From positions 609 through 64,608 of the forward strand of contig JAITSQ010000028.1 of assembly GCA_031287685.1 (NCBI GenBank): 64,000 nt of DNA, read 5' to 3'. Below, piece after piece: positions 37,337-53,643 of the stretch. The DNA is from Clostridiales bacterium (lineage in GTDB: Bacteria > Bacillota > Clostridia > Lachnospirales > WQUN01). Made by a program: the position numbers and the translations under genes. Positions within the stretch are counted from its first letter, which is position 1. Each line of letters opens with the position of its first letter. Under the pieces are notes generated by a model. That model had not been told where the DNA came from, did not search any database, and saw only the letters and a list, made by a program, of their open reading frames with translations.

Positions 37337-37828
37337 ATGAACAAAGTTATACTTATGGGGCGGCTGACCAAAGACCCCGAAGTGCGCTATTCCCAAGGCG
37401 CGGAACCTGTCACTATAGCCCGTTATACCCTCGCCGTGCGCAAGCAGTTCAAGCGCGAGGGGGAGGCCGACGCGGACTTTATTAACTGCGTGGCGATAGG
37501 CAAGCGCGGGGAGTTCGCCTCAAAATGGCTTCAAAAAGGGCGCCAGGTGGCCGTTTGCGGGAGGCTCAGCATACGCGAGTACGACGGGCAGGACGGCAAA
37601 CGCGCCTGGTTTACGGAGGTCGTCGTGGACGATCAGTATTTCGCCGACAGCAAAGGCGGCGACGGCGGTTCCTCCTCCGCGCCCAATCTGCCTTCGGACG
37701 ATTATTACGCTGAGGAAGCCCGGAGCCAGACGCGGGCCGAAAAAGCCGACAGCCCGACGAAGGGCGCGGCTCCCAAGGGTTTTTCCGCCCTTGACGAAAA
37801 TTTAAGCGACGACGATTTACCGTTTTAA
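37337..37828 (+). CDS. ssb: Single-stranded DNA-binding protein
   Basis: MNKVILMGRLTKDPE OB-fold start and a C-terminal DDDLPF tail. Confidence 0.97.
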   Translation: MNKVILMGRLTKDPEVRYSQGAEPVTIARYTLAVRKQFKREGEADADFINCVAIGKRGEFASKWLQKGRQVAVCGRLSIREYDGQDGKRAWFTEVVVDDQYFADSKGGDGGSSSAPNLPSDDYYAEEARSQTRAEKADSPTKGAAPKGFSALDENLSDDDLPF

Positions 37829-37843
37829 CATTATATTTCGGAG

Positions 37844-38083
37844 GTGTTGTTTGTGATTCAAAAAAGACGCGGGCGCAAGAAAAAACGTGTTTGCGCGTTT
37901 TGCGCCGATAAAGTTACGCATATCGACTATAAAGACTTGGCAAAGCTTCGCCGCTTAGTGTCCGAGCGCGGGAAGATCCTGCCCCGGCGAATTACGGGAA
38001 ACTGCGCGAAGCACCAGCGCACTCTCACCGTGGCGATTAAACGTGCGCGGCATATCGCGCTTCTGGCGTATACGCAGGAGTAA
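37844..38083 (+). CDS. rpsR: 30S ribosomal protein S18
   Basis: [13 protein letters not shown]...[15 protein letters not shown]. The true start may be GTG 37853, 9 nt after GGAGG. Confidence 0.9.
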   Translation: MLFVIQKRRGRKKKRVCAFCADKVTHIDYKDLAKLRRLVSERGKILPRRITGNCAKHQRTLTVAIKRARHIALLAYTQE

Positions 38084-38213
38084 AGCTCCCGAGAGGGCTT
38101 ACCTGATTTGCGTCCTATTTCGATTTATTTTGAGTTCATTTTCCGGCGGCAAGGGGCCTATGGCGCGCCGTAACGAAGCTTTACTAACGCGCTTAAACGC
38201 GCGGTTCTGCGGG

Positions 38214-38250
38214 AAAAGGGGGCGGAAGCTTATCGCCCCCTTTTCTTTTT
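38214..38250 (+). terminator. Intrinsic terminator after rpsR
   Basis: GGGGGCG-GAAGCTTAT-CGCCCCC followed by TTTTCTTTTT. Confidence 0.7.
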
Positions 38251-38487
38251 ATGCTTCATTTACCCCGCAACCGCAGGAATCTCGGGCGCTAACCGTTGCC
38301 GAATGGCTTTACGCGAAAACAGACGCTTATGCTTAGATTTTTACTTACTCAAAAGCAGCTTACGGGAATGATAGAATCCGCGCTTGCTTACGACGAAAGA
38401 GAAGCGAGCGAATAATCCGAGGCTTGCGGGATATGTCGATAAACCGCAAGTCATAACTTGAAACTAAAACCCTCGTGAGGAAACAAA

Positions 38488-38715
38488 ATGAGGAAAAGGA
38501 AAAAGGAAGTCCGGCAAGCATACTTAAACGCACAGGCTACGCCGCTAACAAGAAGCACGACAAAGAAAATACTAAGATATAGCAAAAAACAGCCTGGCGA
38601 GCAGAGCCTGTGACGCTTGACGGCAAAAAGCCGCTCGAAATCGCAAAGCGCGCGGGCGTTCACATAAGCAACATTTACCGTGAGTTTGGGCGCGGACTTG
38701 AAAATCGACAAAGAT
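38488..38715 (+). pseudogene. Frameshifted remnant of an HTH protein (IS/resolvase-type N-terminus?)
   Basis: A 41-codon ORF ends at TGA 38611. The next frame continues as TLDGKKPLEIAKRAGVHISNIYREFGRG. Confidence 0.3.
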
Positions 38716-38740
38716 CGAAAACTTGCCAGCCCTACGGAAA

Positions 38741-38768
38741 ACAGGGCCGCAATAAAAAGCGGCCCTGT
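38741..38768. terminator. Bidirectional terminator hairpin (rpoC 3' end)
   Basis: ACAGGGCCGC-AATAAAAA-GCGGCCCTGT with T-runs on both strands. Confidence 0.7.
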
Positions 38769-38789
38769 TTTTATTCCGTTTTTATTCTG

Positions 38790-42941
<4,152 letters not shown>

Positions 42942-42982
42942 AAAGTAAAGTCATTCCCTTCAAGAAGTTTGTATAAAAAACC

Positions 42983-46942
<3,960 letters not shown>

Positions 46943-47028
46943 AACTCCCGCTCCTTAAATAGGCTGAATTTCCTTCAATAAGAATAGGCTGAAAACAAAA
47001 GCTCTAAGCGATAAATACGCATTATAAT

Positions 47029-47057
47029 ATTATACTTCCCTGCAAAACCCTTGTCAA
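47029..47057 (-). promoter_or_regulatory. Consensus promoter for rpoBC (TTGACA-17 nt-TATAAT)
   Basis: Minus-strand hexamers at 47057-47052 and 47034-47029. Confidence 0.65.
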
Positions 47058-47100
47058 GCAGATATTTACAGCGGGTCAAAACCTCCGGCAATGTTAACGG

Positions 47101-47129
47101 TTGACAAATTCCGCGATAAACTTTATAAT
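47101..47129 (+). promoter_or_regulatory. Consensus promoter (TTGACA-17 nt-TATAAT) reading into B2 and the GH18-like gene
   Basis: Hexamers at 47101-47106 and 47124-47129. Confidence 0.6.
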
Positions 47130-47138
47130 TAACCTAAA

Positions 47139-47335
47139 TAGAGCAATTCCATGTTTGACTGGCTTGTTTCGAGCCGAAAATCGCGGGCAAGAAGGCGGCT
47201 TTTTGGCGCGGCAGTAGGCGCCAAAAAACGCCGAGCAAGAAGGGGGCTTTTTCGCGGTTACTGCCCCGCGAAAAAACACCGGCTTCAACGCGTTTTCGGC
47301 GACGAAAGAAGCCTATGTCAAACGGAATTGCTATA
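47139..47335. mobile_element. Family B MITE-like element, copy B2 (two H modules)
   Basis: TA-GAGCAATTCC...GGAATTGCTA-TA; modules at 47189-47236 and 47237-47283. Confidence 0.8.
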
Positions 47336-47349
47336 TCATTACTTGAGGG

Positions 47350-48411
47350 GTGTTCTGTACGATTAAGACATTTTTGCGCGCGGACCAGTTTGAGAATTTT
47401 ATAGCCTCCTCCGGCGAAGAGGCCGCGGCGGCCGCGCTTTCGCCGTTTTCTTGTATTTACCTGTCTTACGCCGCCATCCGGCCGGATTTTAACGTAAAAT
47501 CAAGCGCCTCGGCGGAGACCGTGGGGAAAATCCGCCGGGCGGCCCCGAAGGCGAAGCTCGTCCTGACCTTGGGGGATCGCTCCCCCGGCGGCATGGACGG
47601 TTTTTCGGACGTGGCCGGCTCCCCCCCCGCGCGGGCGGTTTTTATCCGCGGTCTGGCCGCTTTTCTTGAAAAGCGCGGCTTCGACGGCGTGGAGTTATAC
47701 TGGGACGCGCCCGGCAGCGCCCGCAGCGTCGGCAAAAACCGCCCGTCCGACAGGTCCGGCCTGACCGCTTTTGTCTCCGAACTCTCGGAAAAAACGGGCG
47801 GGCCGATTTCCCTGCGCGCGCAGGCCGACGCGTGGTGGGCCGAGTGCGTCGATATTTCCGCCCTCCGCGGTTTTGTCGGTTCCTGGAACATACTCACGGA
47901 TTCCTTCACCGGCCACTGGGACACGGAGACGAAGCATATCTCCAACCTGCGGCCAAGCTCCTACAACCCCGTCGCTTATAAAAGCCTCGATATAGAGAGC
48001 GTTATAACGCGGTTTGAGGAAGCCGGAATCCCCTCCGGGGGGCTGTGTTTCTCTTACGCCGCCCGCGGGCGGGAGTTTCTGGGCGTTTTCCCGCATAACA
48101 ACGGGCTTTATCAGAAATTCAACATAAAAGACCCGTCGTATTGGCCCGGAGGGCTTATCCCCTACTCCGTTCTCACGGAATTTTATATCGGAAAAAACGG
48201 CTTCGAGCGTTTCTGGGACGACGATTCTTACGTTCCCTACCTTTATAACGCCGAAACCCGCGCGTTTATCTCTTACGACGACGAGGACTCCTTGACCGCC
48301 AAGGCGGGCTTCGCGAAGCTCAAAAAGACCGGCGGGCTGATTTGCCGCGACCCCTTCGCGGATACGGAAAACAAGCTGATTAAGGCGTATCTCGCGGAAT
48401 ATAACAAATAA
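47350..48411 (+). CDS. GH18 (chitinase-like) fold protein with degenerate catalytic motif
   Basis: FDGVELYWDAP sits in place of the DGxDxDWE motif; GTG start. Confidence 0.65.
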   Translation: MFCTIKTFLRADQFENFIASSGEEAAAAALSPFSCIYLSYAAIRPDFNVKSSASAETVGKIRRAAPKAKLVLTLGDRSPGGMDGFSDVAGSPPARAVFIRGLAAFLEKRGFDGVELYWDAPGSARSVGKNRPSDRSGLTAFVSELSEKTGGPISLRAQADAWWAECVDISALRGFVGSWNILTDSFTGHWDTETKHISNLRPSSYNPVAYKSLDIESVITRFEEAGIPSGGLCFSYAARGREFLGVFPHNNGLYQKFNIKDPSYWPGGLIPYSVLTEFYIGKNGFERFWDDDSYVPYLYNAETRAFISYDDEDSLTAKAGFAKLKKTGGLICRDPFADTENKLIKAYLAEYNK

Positions 48412-48435
48412 GGACGACAATCGGGAGGAAATATT

Positions 48436-50307
48436 TTGAATACGGAAGAAACCGCTCCGAATATCCGCAACATAGCCATAATCGCCCATGTTGACCATGG
48501 CAAGACCACGCTCGTCGACGAGCTGCTCAAGCAGAGCGGCGCGTTCCGCGAAAACCAGGAGGTGGCCGAGCGCGTTATGGATTCCGGCGATTTAGAGCGG
48601 GAACGCGGAATAACCATACTTTCAAAGAACACTTCAATAATGTACGGCGGCGTGAAAATAAACATTGTAGACACGCCCGGCCACGCGGATTTCGGCGGGG
48701 AAGTCGAGCGCGTGCTTAAAATGGTTAACGGCGTGGTGCTCGTGGTGGACGCTTTCGAGGGGGCTATGCCCCAGACGCGCTTCGTGCTCAAGAACGCGCT
48801 CGACCTTATGCTCCCCGTCGTAGTCTGCGTGAACAAAATCGACCGCGCCGACGCGCGCCTCAAGGAAGTCGTTGACGAAATCCTCGAGCTTTTTATGGAC
48901 CTTAACGCGGACGACAAATATCTTGACTCGCCGTTTATTTTCGCCTCCGCGAAGCACGGCGCGGCCTATGAGGAAGCCGGCGACGCGGAGGCCGCCGAGC
49001 GCGCCGATTTTGAAACGACTGACTTAACGCCGCTTTTTTCGGCTATAATTAACCATATCCCCGCGCCGGGCGGCTCCCCCGACGCGCCGCTTCAGATGCT
49101 CATAACGACGATTGATTACAACGAGTACGTCGGCAAAATCGGCATAGGCAAAATCGAGAACGGCTCAATACAAACCGGGCGGGAGGTTGTTATAGTCAAC
49201 GCGCACGACGACGGCGCGGAGCTTCGGCGGCTTAAAATAACCAAAGTATATGTGTTCGAGGGGCTTTCGCGGGCGGAGTCCGTCTGCGCCTCCGCCGGGG
49301 AGATTGCCGCCGTTTCGGGCATAGAGGGCCTGAAAATCGGCGACACGATATGCGCTCCGGAAAACCCGGTTCCCCTGCCCTTCTCAAAAATATCCGAGCC
49401 GACCATCTCAATGAATTTTATCGTCAACGACAGCCCCTTCTGCGGCACGGAGGGCAAGTTCGTCACCAGCCGCCACCTGCGGGAGCGGCTTTTCGCCGAG
49501 CTTAACACCGACCCCAGCCTGCGCGTGGAGGAAACGGACTCCACCGAGATTCTCAAGGTGTCCGGGCGCGGAGAGCTTCACCTGTCCATTCTTATCGAAA
49601 CAATGCGGCGCGAGGGGTACGAGTTTCAAGTGTCAAAGCCGGAGGTGCTGCTTAAGGAAGCGGACGGCGAAATACTGGAGCCGATTGAAAACGCCGTTAT
49701 AGACGTGCCTGAGGAATATTCCGGCGCCGTCATAGAAAAACTGGGCCGGCGCAAGGGCGAGCTTACGCTGATGTCCCCCTCCGCCTCAGGGACGCTCCGG
49801 CTCAATTTCAGCATACCCTCCCGAGGCTTAATCGGATACCGCACGGAATTTTTGACCGACACGCGCGGCACCGGCGTAATCAACACTATTTTCGACAAAT
49901 ACGAGCCGCACAAGGGTCCGCTTTCCGCGCGGACGGAGGGTTCCCTCATAGCCTTTGAGGACGGGGAGGCCACCGGATACGGCCTTTTTGGCGCGCAGGA
50001 CCGCGGCCAGCTGTTCATCTCCTCCGGGGAGCGCGTTTACTCCGGTATGGTCGTGGGGCGAAACGCCAAGTCCGACGATATGGAGGTCAACGTCTGCAAG
50101 CGCAAACAGCTTACCAACATGCGCGCCTCCGGCAGCGACGACGCGCTTAAACTCTCGCCGCCGCTCGTGATGAGCCTTGAACAGTCTCTTGAGTTTATCG
50201 CGGACGACGAATTGCTTGAAGCCACCCCGAAAAGCCTGCGCATCCGGAAGAAACTGCTCGACCATACTCAGAGAAAACGCGCCGCGCGGGGGGCTGAAAA
50301 ACCTTGA
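48436..50307 (+). CDS. typA: Translational GTPase TypA/BipA
   Basis: IRNIAIIAHVDHGKTTLVD and DTPGHADFGGEVER. Confidence 0.97.
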   Translation: MNTEETAPNIRNIAIIAHVDHGKTTLVDELLKQSGAFRENQEVAERVMDSGDLERERGITILSKNTSIMYGGVKINIVDTPGHADFGGEVERVLKMVNGVVLVVDAFEGAMPQTRFVLKNALDLMLPVVVCVNKIDRADARLKEVVDEILELFMDLNADDKYLDSPFIFASAKHGAAYEEAGDAEAAERADFETTDLTPLFSAIINHIPAPGGSPDAPLQMLITTIDYNEYVGKIGIGKIENGSIQTGREVVIVNAHDDGAELRRLKITKVYVFEGLSRAESVCASAGEIAAVSGIEGLKIGDTICAPENPVPLPFSKISEPTISMNFIVNDSPFCGTEGKFVTSRHLRERLFAELNTDPSLRVEETDSTEILKVSGRGELHLSILIETMRREGYEFQVSKPEVLLKEADGEILEPIENAVIDVPEEYSGAVIEKLGRRKGELTLMSPSASGTLRLNFSIPSRGLIGYRTEFLTDTRGTGVINTIFDKYEPHKGPLSARTEGSLIAFEDGEATGYGLFGAQDRGQLFISSGERVYSGMVVGRNAKSDDMEVNVCKRKQLTNMRASGSDDALKLSPPLVMSLEQSLEFIADDELLEATPKSLRIRKKLLDHTQRKRAARGAEKP

Positions 50308-50341
50308 AGGGCTTTCAGCCGGCCCTGGAGGGACGTGAATT

Positions 50342-52006
50342 ATGCAAAGCAGAACAAAAGACGAACAGATAAACAAGCCGCAGTCCTTCGTCAAGCAGGC
50401 GGCGCTGCTGGCGTCGGCGGCGTTGCTGGTCCGCGTGATAGGGTTTATATACAAGCTCCCCCTCACGAATATGATAGGCGACGCGGGCCAGGGCATTTAC
50501 GCCGCCGGATACCAGGTGTACAACTTTTTATTGATATTGTCGTCGGCGGGATTACCCGCCGCCATTTCAAAAATGGTGTCCGAGCGTATCGCGCTGAAAC
50601 AATACGGCAACGCCCACCGAGTGTTCAGAATATCCCTGGCGGCGGCGGCGGCGGCGGGAGCTTTTTTTTCGATACTGCTCTGGGCGCTGTCGGCGCATAT
50701 AGCGAACGCCGTCAAAAACCCGGACAGCCAGGCCACCCTCCTGACGCTGGCCCCGACAATTTTCCTCGTGGCGGTTATGTCCGTTTTCAGGGGGTACTTT
50801 CAGGGCCTTAATAATTCCGTTCCCACGGCGTTGTCTCAGCTTGTGGAGCAGATAATAAACGCCGTTTTTTCCGTGCTTCTGGCGTATTACTTTATGAAAT
50901 GGTGGGACGGCGACGTGGCCCTCGGCGCCGCCGGCGGCACAGCCGGCACGGGCCTCGGCGCGCTCTCCGGCCTTATCGTTATGTGCCTCGTATATAAGCT
51001 CAACCGCCCGCGGATATATAAACGCATCAACGCGCAGAAACAGCAGGCTCACGAAGTAATCCGCTTCGACGGACGGCGCAAAATCATCGTCGAGCTTTTG
51101 AAAACGGCGTTCCCTATAATCGCGGGAGCCGCCATTTTCAGCTTTACAAATCTTGTCGATATGCAGATGGTTATGAAGCGCCTCACGGAGGCGGCGGGCT
51201 TCTCCGATCGTGAGGCCCTGGCCCTTTACGGCCAGCTGTCGAACAAATACGTTTCCATATCGACGCTCCCGGTGGCTATTTCGTCGGCTATGGCCACCGC
51301 CTCTATCCCCAGTATCGCCGCGAGCAACGTACTTAAACAGAAAGCCGCCGTAATCAAAAAAACAAACACCGCCCTCCGCCTGGCTATGTCGGTGTCAATC
51401 CCGGCGGCGGCGGGGCTTTTTGTCTTGCCCGACCAGATTCTGCTTATGCTTTTCAAGCACTATCCCGACGGCGGGCTGCTCCTGCGCATCGGCTCGATAA
51501 GCGTCGTATTCCTCGCGCTGGCGCAGATTTCAACCGGTATGCTGCAGGGAATCGGCAAGATTTACGTCCCGGCGATTGCCGCCGCCGCCGGCGTATTGGT
51601 AAAAATCCCCATAAACTATATCCTGCTCGGCGACCCGCGGATAAACGTGGCGGGCGCCGTCGTCGGCACTATTTGCTGTTACGCGGTCTCGTCCATAATC
51701 GACCTTTCAAGCCTGACCAAAGCCACCGGCGCGACGCTTGATTTTGCCGGCATTTTAATCAAACCCGCCCTCGCGAGCCTGTTTATGAGCCTTGTCTGCT
51801 ATGTGTGCTACTACACGCTGTATTTTTATACAAAGGCGAACACCCCGTGCGTCCTGACGGCCATAGCGGCCAGCGTTTTCTCCTACGGCGCGGCTATGCT
51901 CTATCTCGGCGGCTTGCGCGAGTCCGACATAAAAACTATGCCTATGGGCAAAAAGGCGCTGAGTCTCCTCGGTAAAATGGGCCTTTCCGGCTGCCTTAAG
52001 CGTTAA
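50342..52006 (+). CDS. MOP-superfamily flippase (SpoVB / polysaccharide biosynthesis protein type)
   Basis: About 14 TM segments with a SpoVB/MurJ-like N-terminus (LLVRVIGFIYKLPLTNMIGDAGQGIY). Confidence 0.75.
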   Translation: MQSRTKDEQINKPQSFVKQAALLASAALLVRVIGFIYKLPLTNMIGDAGQGIYAAGYQVYNFLLILSSAGLPAAISKMVSERIALKQYGNAHRVFRISLAAAAAAGAFFSILLWALSAHIANAVKNPDSQATLLTLAPTIFLVAVMSVFRGYFQGLNNSVPTALSQLVEQIINAVFSVLLAYYFMKWWDGDVALGAAGGTAGTGLGALSGLIVMCLVYKLNRPRIYKRINAQKQQAHEVIRFDGRRKIIVELLKTAFPIIAGAAIFSFTNLVDMQMVMKRLTEAAGFSDREALALYGQLSNKYVSISTLPVAISSAMATASIPSIAASNVLKQKAAVIKKTNTALRLAMSVSIPAAAGLFVLPDQILLMLFKHYPDGGLLLRIGSISVVFLALAQISTGMLQGIGKIYVPAIAAAAGVLVKIPINYILLGDPRINVAGAVVGTICCYAVSSIIDLSSLTKATGATLDFAGILIKPALASLFMSLVCYVCYYTLYFYTKANTPCVLTAIAASVFSYGAAMLYLGGLRESDIKTMPMGKKALSLLGKMGLSGCLKR

Positions 52007-52400
52007 ACTTGCGAAAGAAACCCCGCCCGGCGACGGCCATCGCCGCCGCCGCCGCCGGCCCCCCGTCCGCGGCCGTTTTTTCGGCCTCGGCTCGGAGCTT
52101 AAAATACTCCCCCGCGAATATAAGAAGCTCGTCGCAGCCCGGAAATTTCCGCAAAACCGCGCCTGTTTCCGAAAGCGAAAACGTCTCTTTTAATTCCTCG
52201 ATTAAAAAAAGCGCCAGAACGTGCCGCTTGCCGTAGCGCCGTCCGTCCGGCGGCGGAAGCGCCCCCTGGCGCACATAATTCTGAATCGTGGTCTTATTAA
52301 GCTCACGCCCGTGCCGCGCCAGATATGCCGAAACGCCCGAAAGCGAAAGCTCGCCCGCTATAAACCGAAGCCCCTCCGCGAATCCGGAAAAATCCCCCAA
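51996..52400 (-). CDS. DUF1836-like protein
   Basis: LNKTTIQNYVRQGALPPPDGRRYGKRHVLALFLIEELK pattern. Confidence 0.5.
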   Translation of the reverse strand: MGDFSGFAEGLRFIAGELSLSGVSAYLARHGRELNKTTIQNYVRQGALPPPDGRRYGKRHVLALFLIEELKETFSLSETGAVLRKFPGCDELLIFAGEYFKLRAEAEKTAADGGPAAAAAMAVAGRGFFRKFNA

Positions 52401-52403
52401 TTC

Positions 52404-52979
52404 TCACATCTCCCTCCTGTAGGACAGCGCGCGGGAGAGCGTCACGCTGTCTACATATTCTATGTCCCCTCCGACCGGCACCCCATGGGCGATTCTCGTA
52501 ACCAGCGCTCCCGCCGCCGCCTTGATTATTTTTGAGATGTACATAGCCGTGGCCTCCCCCTCCACGTTCGGGTTCGTGGCCAATATGACCTCCTCCACTC
52601 CGTCTTTCAGGCGCTCTAAAAGCTCTCGTATCCTTATGTCGTCCGGCCCGACCCCCGCCATTGGGGAAATCGCCCCGTGCAGGACGTGATATACCCCCCG
52701 GAACTCCCCCGTTTTTTCATACGCCGCCATATCCCGCGGATCCTCAACGACCATAATGACGGATTTATCGCGCTTTCCGGAGCCGCATATCCCGCACGGG
52801 TCGCTGTCCGTCATATTGCAGCACACGGAGCAGTATTTTATGTTCTCTCCGGCGTCCGTTATAGCGGCGGCCAGGGCGGCGGCGCGCTCCCTCTGGCTTA
52901 TGACGTAAAACGCCATTCTTTGGGCCGACTTCGCGCCGATTCCGGGCAGCTTGGCAAATTCCTCAATCAGCCGGTTCAT
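52404..52979 (-). CDS. recR: Recombination protein RecR
   Basis: [16 protein letters not shown], a C4 zinc finger and a Toprim domain. Start taken at MNRLIEEF. Confidence 0.95.
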   Translation of the reverse strand: MNRLIEEFAKLPGIGAKSAQRMAFYVISQRERAAALAAAITDAGENIKYCSVCCNMTDSDPCGICGSGKRDKSVIMVVEDPRDMAAYEKTGEFRGVYHVLHGAISPMAGVGPDDIRIRELLERLKDGVEEVILATNPNVEGEATAMYISKIIKAAAGALVTRIAHGVPVGGDIEYVDSVTLSRALSYRREM

Positions 52980-52993
52980 ATAGCCGCCGTACA

Positions 52994-53356
52994 CTACATC
53001 AGCCCCCCCGGAAAGTTAAACCCGCTCGGCATAATCCCCCGGCCGGCGCTCTCCACGGCTTCAGTCGCTTTGCGTATGGACTCGTTCACGCTTGTAAGAA
53101 TCAAATCCTCAAGAGTCTCCACGTCGTCGGGGTCAACCGCCTCCGGCGCTATTTTTATTTCCTTAATCACCCTTTTGCCGGTAATTACGACTTTGACCGC
53201 GCCGCCGCCGCTCGTGACCTCAAATTCCTTCGTGTCAAGCTCCGCCTGCATTTCCTCAAGCTGCTTCTGCATCTTCTGGGCCTGCTTCATAAGGTTATTC
53301 ATATTCATTCCGCCGCCGAGATTCATCCCGCCCATACCGCCGTTATGTTTCGCCAT
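52994..53356 (-). CDS. ybaB: Nucleoid-associated protein YbaB/EbfC
   Basis: [22 protein letters not shown]...[11 protein letters not shown]. Confidence 0.9.
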   Translation of the reverse strand: MAKHNGGMGGMNLGGGMNMNNLMKQAQKMQKQLEEMQAELDTKEFEVTSGGGAVKVVITGKRVIKEIKIAPEAVDPDDVETLEDLILTSVNESIRKATEAVESAGRGIMPSGFNFPGGLM

Positions 53357-53383
53357 TTTTAATACCTCCGAATATTTTTTTTA

Positions 53384-53489
53384 TAGAGCAATTCCTTGTT
53401 TGGCTTGCTGCTTTCGAGCCGGAAATCGCGATGCTTTAACGCGTTTCCGGCGATGAATAAGGCGGCTTATGTCAAACGGAATTGCCATA
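53384..53489. mobile_element. Family B MITE-like element, copy B3 (no module)
   Basis: TA-GAGCAATTCC...GGAATTGCCA-TA. Confidence 0.8.
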
Positions 53490-53639
53490 GCAGTTGAACA
53501 ATGGGCTGCCGAGAACTTGCTCGGTGTTTGTGATTGTCTAAAAAAGATTTAGACAATCACAAGCCCCCTCCTTGCTCGCGGGAAACCCCTTGTGAAACTG
53601 CCCACACTTTTACTTTTCATAGTTCTTGAAAAGTAAAAG
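53487..53639. repeat. Family D repeat, copy D2
   Basis: Homologous to 34575-34727; abuts B3 at the shared TA. Confidence 0.85.
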
Positions 53640-53643
53640 CGCT

